From: Spirogloea muscicola
Taxonomy: Eukaryota
Reading direction: 5' to 3'
NCBI GenBank assembly: GCA_009602725.1
Contig: WELB01000020.1
Coordinates: forward strand, 775,658 to 826,382
DNA: 50,725 bases
Below the pieces are notes generated by a model that saw only the letters and a list, made by a program, of their open reading frames with translations, did no database searches and was not told the DNA's origin. How positions within the stretch are numbered: the stretch's first letter is position 1; each line of letters opens with the position of its first letter. Made by a program: the position numbers and the translations under genes. Of the stretch, positions 49,900 to 50,725 are shown in pieces.

Positions 49900-50725
49900 C
49901 ATCGGCTCTTTCCCCTCTCTCCAACCCCTACTCACGCCATTCTCCACCCTCGCCCAAGCTTCTGATAGAGGGGCACAATCCAGACTGGTTATGGCAGTGG
50001 AAGACGAGCGCCGCAGAAGTCTGAGGAGGCTGCCAGAGATTCAGAACAAGGCCATTCGGACGTCGATTAAACTCTTCCTCGGCCTCCCACCTGTTTGCCC
50101 GATTGGGGTGCGCCAGTGTGAGTGCGATTTGCGTGCAGAGGGTGCTGAGCTCGCCACTCACATGCTAAGATGCCCCACTGGACCAGAAGGGGTGGGCATC
50201 CGCAACCTCCTCTGCGATGCCCTGGCGGGCTTGATGCGCGACGCCGGCTACCGTGCGGTCGTGGAAGTCAACGAAGTCATGCCTATCACCACGGACGCCC
50301 AGGGACGTCAACATCTCCATACGCTTACATTGTGGGCGTGCAACCTGGTGGAGGACCACGAGCCCTGGTCGACGTTGTTGTTACGGAGGCGTATAAGAGT
50401 CCAGCATCGACACACATCGCTGGGCATGCAGTGGGCGGTGCAGAACAAAGAAAACTGCGGCACTACTCCGATTACCCCCAATGCGATCAGCTCCTGCCAG
50501 CGGCAATCGACATCTATGGCTGTCTGGGTCCTCGTTTCCACACGCTCCTTCAAAACATTGCCAATCTAGGCTACACTCGACGTGCAGATGTGTTTCCGGC
50601 TGAGATGGGCTTGCCAGCTGCATATCTGTCGCTCTTGCGACGACGAGTTTCGGCCTGTTTGCAGCGTGCTCAGGCTAGTGCCTTGCACCAGAAAGCTGGG
50701 CGAGCTCTAGTTGGTGGCAGAAGGG
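49900..50725 (+). pseudogene. Longest remnant of the RLE retroelement ORF (CCHC knuckle plus PD-(D/E)xK-like nuclease), frameshifted, runs off window
   Basis: KLFLGLP..CECDLRAEGAELATHMLRC (CCHC), then TL(D)IV..VDVVV..AEQRKLRHY..LLPAAIDIYGCLG..RVSACLQRAQA. A 1-nt deletion at ~50327 is seen relative to the 46920 copy (acacttgacattg vs acgcttacattg). Confidence 0.8.

Overview
GC-rich eukaryotic genomic DNA with spliceosomal GT-AG introns and several N gaps. The gene set is plant-type and there are CCCTAAA telomere-type repeats, so a streptophyte green alga or early-diverging plant is inferred. Nine intron-containing genes can be reconstructed by hand: a DnaJ-domain protein, a Tubby-like protein, an SLH-domain/coiled-coil plastid-envelope-type protein, a TIN1-like secreted protein, eEF2, a small Cys/His-rich protein, a HAD pyrimidine 5'-nucleotidase-like protein, chloroplast sensor kinase CSK and a GT106 (RRT-like) glycosyltransferase. 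The most unusual content is intergenic: dozens of short, 5'-truncated fragments from at least six subfamilies of a retroelement encoding a restriction-like (PD-(D/E)xK) endonuclease, resembling CRE-type non-LTR elements. Wherever the ORF end is visible it reads L(T/S/N)RGY-stop or a close variant. Despite unrelated 3' UTRs, the subfamilies end in a shared stem-loop (GGGCTGG-CTTTT-CCAGCCC type) plus a short terminal motif, with no poly(A). The fragments sit upstream of gene starts, were not seen in the two convergent intergenic gaps or in introns, and form head-to-tail, head-to-head and tail-to-tail arrays. No reverse transcriptase is visible in the window.
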